DNA of 64,000 nt. It comes from Intrasporangium sp. (GTDB taxonomy: Bacteria; Actinomycetota; Actinomycetes; Actinomycetales; Dermatophilaceae). This document shows, piece by piece, positions 60,836 to 64,000 of this stretch (the first letter of the stretch is position 1; each line of letters opens with the position of its first letter). Location: positions 41,253-105,252 of the forward strand of contig NZ_DASSMH010000115.1 in NCBI RefSeq assembly GCF_035688975.1. The letters run 5' to 3'. The notes below the pieces were generated by a model, which did no database searches, was not told the origin of the DNA, and was given only the letters and a program-made list of their open reading frames with translations. The position numbers were made by a program, and so were the translations under genes.

Positions 60836-62296
60836 GTGCACAGCGGCCACCCGCACCGTGGAGGCATGAGCGCAGGAGTCGTCACCGAGCCGCACGGCAT
60901 ACCCGTGCCGTCCCCCGCCCGTGCTGCGCTGCCGAGGCTGCCGAGGCCCGTGCCCCTCTGGTGGCGGGACGTGTCCGGCGCGCTGGCGTGGGGGCTCGTC
61001 CTCTTCGTCGTCGGTCTCTGGGTGGCGGGTGGCGGGCTTACCGCCTTCGGCACCACCGGCGACGCCATGACGACCCTCGGTCGACTCGCCGGCCTCCTCT
61101 CCTCCGTGCTCATCCTGATCCAGGTGCTGCTCATGGCCCGGATCCCCATGGTCGAGCAGGCCTGGGGACAGGACGAGCTGGCGCGGGTCCACCGCGTCGT
61201 CGGGTTCACCAGCTTCAGCCTCATGCTGGCCCACATCGGGCTGGTCATCGTCGGGTATGCCGCCGGCACGAGCCTCGGCGTGGTCGGCACCTTCGTCGAC
61301 CAGGTGCTGCACTCGCCCGGCATGCTGCTCGCCCTTGCCGGCACCGTGGCCCTCGTCATGGTCGTCGCCACCTCGATCCGCAAGGCGCGCGCGAGGCTGC
61401 GCTACGAGTCCTGGCACCTGCTGCACCTCTATGCCTACCTCGGCGCCGGGCTGGCGCTGCCGCACCAGCTGTGGACGGGCCAGGACTTCCGGTCGAGCGC
61501 CGTGGCCACCGTCTTCTGGTGGGGCCTGTATGCCGCCACGCTGGCCGCCGTCCTCGTCTTCCGCCTCGCCCTGCCGGCCGTCCGCTCGGCGAGGCACCGC
61601 CTCGTCGTGGCGGACGTCGTCGCCGAGTCGCCCACGGTCACGAGCGTCGTCATCACCGGGAGGGCGCTCGAGCGGCTGCCCGCGCGGGCCGGGCAGTTCT
61701 TCCAGTGGCGCTTCCTCGACGGGCCCGGGTCGAGCCGGGCCAAGCCCTTCTCCCTGTCGGCCGCACCGGACGGGCGCAGCCTGCGCCTCACGGGTGAGGC
61801 CGTCGGCCCGGGGTCCGGCCGGCTTCGCAGTCTCCGCCCCGGCACGAAGGTGCTGCTCGAGGGTCCCTACGGCCGGCTCCACGCAGGCACCAAGGTCCGG
61901 CAGCGAAGCGTGCTGATCGGCGCCGGCATCGGGATCACGCCGCTGCGGGCCCTCCTCGAGGAGCTGCCGGCGGGGCCGGACGAGACCGTGCTCATCTACC
62001 GGGTCGGCAGCACCGAGGACATCGTCCTCGCCGACGAGCTCGTCGAGCTCGCTCGCTCCAAGGGCGCCCGCGTCGTCGCCGTCGTCGGTCACCGGGCGCC
62101 CGACCGTGACAGCTGGCTGCCCGCGCAGCTCGGCCACCTCGGGGACGCCGAGGCGCTGCTGCGCATCGTTCCCGACGTGGCGCAGCGTGACGTCTTCGTC
62201 TGCGGCAACCCCGCGTGGATGCGGTCCGTCATGGGGGCGGCCCGCGCGGCGGGCGTGCCGGAGCAGGCCCTGCACTCCGAACGCTTCAGCTACTGA
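60836..62296 (+). CDS. Ferric reductase-like transmembrane domain fused to an FAD/NAD(P)-binding (FNR-like) domain
   Basis: 6-TM haem-binding-type domain (HRVVGFTSFSLMLAHI, HLLHLYAYLGAGLALPHQLW). Then RPFSLSA, GPYG and GAGIGITP motifs. Start uncertain (GTG 60836 or ATG 60866). Confidence 0.8.
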   Translation: MHSGHPHRGGMSAGVVTEPHGIPVPSPARAALPRLPRPVPLWWRDVSGALAWGLVLFVVGLWVAGGGLTAFGTTGDAMTTLGRLAGLLSSVLILIQVLLMARIPMVEQAWGQDELARVHRVVGFTSFSLMLAHIGLVIVGYAAGTSLGVVGTFVDQVLHSPGMLLALAGTVALVMVVATSIRKARARLRYESWHLLHLYAYLGAGLALPHQLWTGQDFRSSAVATVFWWGLYAATLAAVLVFRLALPAVRSARHRLVVADVVAESPTVTSVVITGRALERLPARAGQFFQWRFLDGPGSSRAKPFSLSAAPDGRSLRLTGEAVGPGSGRLRSLRPGTKVLLEGPYGRLHAGTKVRQRSVLIGAGIGITPLRALLEELPAGPDETVLIYRVGSTEDIVLADELVELARSKGARVVAVVGHRAPDRDSWLPAQLGHLGDAEALLRIVPDVAQRDVFVCGNPAWMRSVMGAARAAGVPEQALHSERFSY

Positions 62297-62340
62297 CCAC
62301 CGGCCCGTCGGACCGGGCACCCCGCGACAAAGGAGACCCC

Positions 62341-62808
62341 ATGCGCCGCATCGTCACGTGGGCCATGAGCACGCTGACCGTCCTCGTCCTGCTCTTCAGC
62401 TACAGCACGTCCCGGTCGTCTCAGCCGGTCGCCGCCACGGCCGAGACACGCCGGGTCACCACGACGACGACGCAGCACTCGGCGGCCACGTCGGGCTCCT
62501 CCGGCTCGTCGCCCACGTCCGCGGCGGCTGCCGCCCGCACCGTCACCGGCGACGAAGCCATGACCCGCTACGGGGTGGTCCAGGTCCAGATCACGGTGCA
62601 GGACGGCAAGATCACCAAGTCGGAGGCCGTCCAGGCGCCGTCGGAGAACCGCCACGACCAGATGATCAACAGCCAGGCCGTCCCGGTCTACAACGACGAG
62701 GTCGTCGCCGCGCAGTCCGCCGGCATCGACATGGTGTCGGGCGCCACGGTGACCTACGACGGCTACGTCCAGTCCCTCCAGTCGGCCATCGACAAGGCGA
62801 ACCTGTGA
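62341..62808 (+). CDS. Membrane-anchored FMN-binding domain protein
   Basis: AAGGAG at 62330-62335. N-terminal TM segment and a Ser/Thr-rich linker. The FMN_bind domain ends ...GIDMVSGATVTYDGY, the flavinylation-type motif (S/T)GAT. Confidence 0.8.
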   Translation: MRRIVTWAMSTLTVLVLLFSYSTSRSSQPVAATAETRRVTTTTTQHSAATSGSSGSSPTSAAAAARTVTGDEAMTRYGVVQVQITVQDGKITKSEAVQAPSENRHDQMINSQAVPVYNDEVVAAQSAGIDMVSGATVTYDGYVQSLQSAIDKANL

Positions 62809-63578
62809 CCGATCCCGTCGTGTCGCACGGCCCGCCCCCGCGCCGGGCGTGGGTCGAGCACGTCATGGGTATGCCGGTGAGCATCCACGTGCGCGGGGCC
62901 GCCGCGGACTCCGCGCTGACCCGCCAGGCCGTCATGGCGGCATACGAGGTCTTCCACGACCTGGACCGGGTGTTCTCGACCTACCGCGCCGACTCCGACC
63001 TCATGCGCTTGCGTCGAGGCGAGGTCGATCTCGACGCGTGCAGTCCACTCGTGGCCCAGGCGCTGGCGCTCGGCGAGGAGGCAGCGCGGCGCACGGGGGG
63101 TGCGTTCACGACGAGTCTCCCGACCGCGGACGGTGGGCTCGCCCTCGACCTCACCGGACTGGTCAAGGGCTGGGCGGTCGATCGCGCAGCCGAGCAACTC
63201 CGTCCGCTGGCGCGGATCTCCTTCTGCATCAACGCCGGTGGTGACCTGCTCGTGGGCGCGTCGGCCGGTCTGCCGGCGTGCGGCCCTGGGGCGATCGACT
63301 GGCGCATCGGCATCGAGGACCCGGCGGATCGCTCGCGCATCGCCACGACGGTGTCCCTGACGGCCGGAGCGGTGGCGACGTCCGGGACCGCTGCGCGCGG
63401 TGCCCACCTCTACGACCCGGCCACCGGCTGCATGGTCGGGCGCACCGGGTCCGTGACCGTCGTGGGGCCGACCCTGCTGTGGGCCGACGTGTGGGCCACC
63501 GCGCTGTTCGTCGGCGGCGGCGCCGCCTCGCGGGCCTTTGCGCGCGAGGCGCCGGGCTACCGCTCGCTGGGGCTGTAG
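62805..63578 (+). CDS. apbE: FAD:protein FMN transferase (ApbE family)
   Basis: The GTG overlaps the upstream stop (GTGA). MGMPVSIHVRG..., FSTYRADSDLMRLRRGE, LTGLVKGWAVDRA and ATSGTAARG. Confidence 0.85.
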   Translation: MTDPVVSHGPPPRRAWVEHVMGMPVSIHVRGAAADSALTRQAVMAAYEVFHDLDRVFSTYRADSDLMRLRRGEVDLDACSPLVAQALALGEEAARRTGGAFTTSLPTADGGLALDLTGLVKGWAVDRAAEQLRPLARISFCINAGGDLLVGASAGLPACGPGAIDWRIGIEDPADRSRIATTVSLTAGAVATSGTAARGAHLYDPATGCMVGRTGSVTVVGPTLLWADVWATALFVGGGAASRAFAREAPGYRSLGL

Positions 63579-63633
63579 ACCGACGGTCGGGCGGGCAAGG
63601 CTGACGGCAGTCGCGCACTTGTTGGCAGGAGAC

Positions 63634-64000
63634 TCACCAGCGGTGGGCCACGTCGATGACGAGCCTCGACCCGGATCCGGGCCCAGCGAGGGTGAACACT
63701 CGGAACGGCAAGCGTGCCCGCACGCCGAGTCCCAAGGTGTTGTTGCTCTCCCAGAGCTCGACCCAGGCGACCTGCCGGAAGGTGCGCCAGCCGGTGACGT
63801 CAACCAGCTCGGCGCGACTGGCCGGGTGGTACCTGGTCTGGGTGTCAGGGCCGTAGGGCTCCGCGACGACGATCTCGAGGAGCGCACCGCCGCGCAGGTC
63901 GACCGGCTGGGCGAGGCCCAGCCCGGCGATGGCCGGCACGTAGCGAACAGAGAACCCGCCGCTGCGTCCCTCGAAGTCGAGGACCAGCCGGTCGAAGCAC
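63634..64000 (-). CDS. AMIN-like / GerMN-type domain protein, C-terminal part (5' end beyond the window)
   Basis: The frame stays open to base 64000: ...FDRLVLDFEGRSGGFSVRYVPAIAGLGLAQPVDLRGGALLEIVV...RLVIDVAHRW. The track Met at 63939 is an internal GTG. Confidence 0.55.
   Translation of the reverse strand, partial: CFDRLVLDFEGRSGGFSVRYVPAIAGLGLAQPVDLRGGALLEIVVAEPYGPDTQTRYHPASRAELVDVTGWRTFRQVAWVELWESNNTLGLGVRARLPFRVFTLAGPGSGSRLVIDVAHRW

Overview
High-GC actinobacterial core chromosome (Micrococcales-like by gene content; inference). Gene order follows the conserved actinobacterial backbone: smc - ftsY - amt/glnB/glnD - ffh - rpsP/KH/rimM/trmD/rplS - lepB x2 - rnhB - DUF2469 - yraN/comM/dprA - xerC - rpsB/tsf - pyrH/frr/cdsA/rlmN - dxr/rip/ispG - proS. 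Several accessory blocks interrupt it: an AbiEi/DUF559-like gene, an SQR-like/TusE/DsrE sulfur operon between tsf and pyrH, prpE, a LOG-family gene, a guanidino/GABA catabolic cluster, secreted phosphoesterases, a DUF222-HNH gene and a ferric-reductase/FMN-binding/ApbE module. No rRNA, tRNA, CRISPR array, transposase or prophage was seen. Most long antisense or off-frame ORFs in the track are GC artefacts. The most unusual signals are DNA-level. (1) The octamer CGGCATAC/GTATGCCG occurs about once per kb in both orientations and recruits rare codons. (2) A family of intergenic elements is built from inverted arrays of a GATC-containing 12-mer around a conserved core, and these sit at core/accessory junctions. 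(3) There are 13-bp periodic arrays, including a DnaA-box-like TCCACA cluster, plus a dispersed GTCCACAGG motif. (4) The SQR-like gene carries an in-frame TAG behind a CsoR/CstR-type operator. (5) TrmD is fused to a GNAT domain. All counts were made by eye and need computational confirmation.
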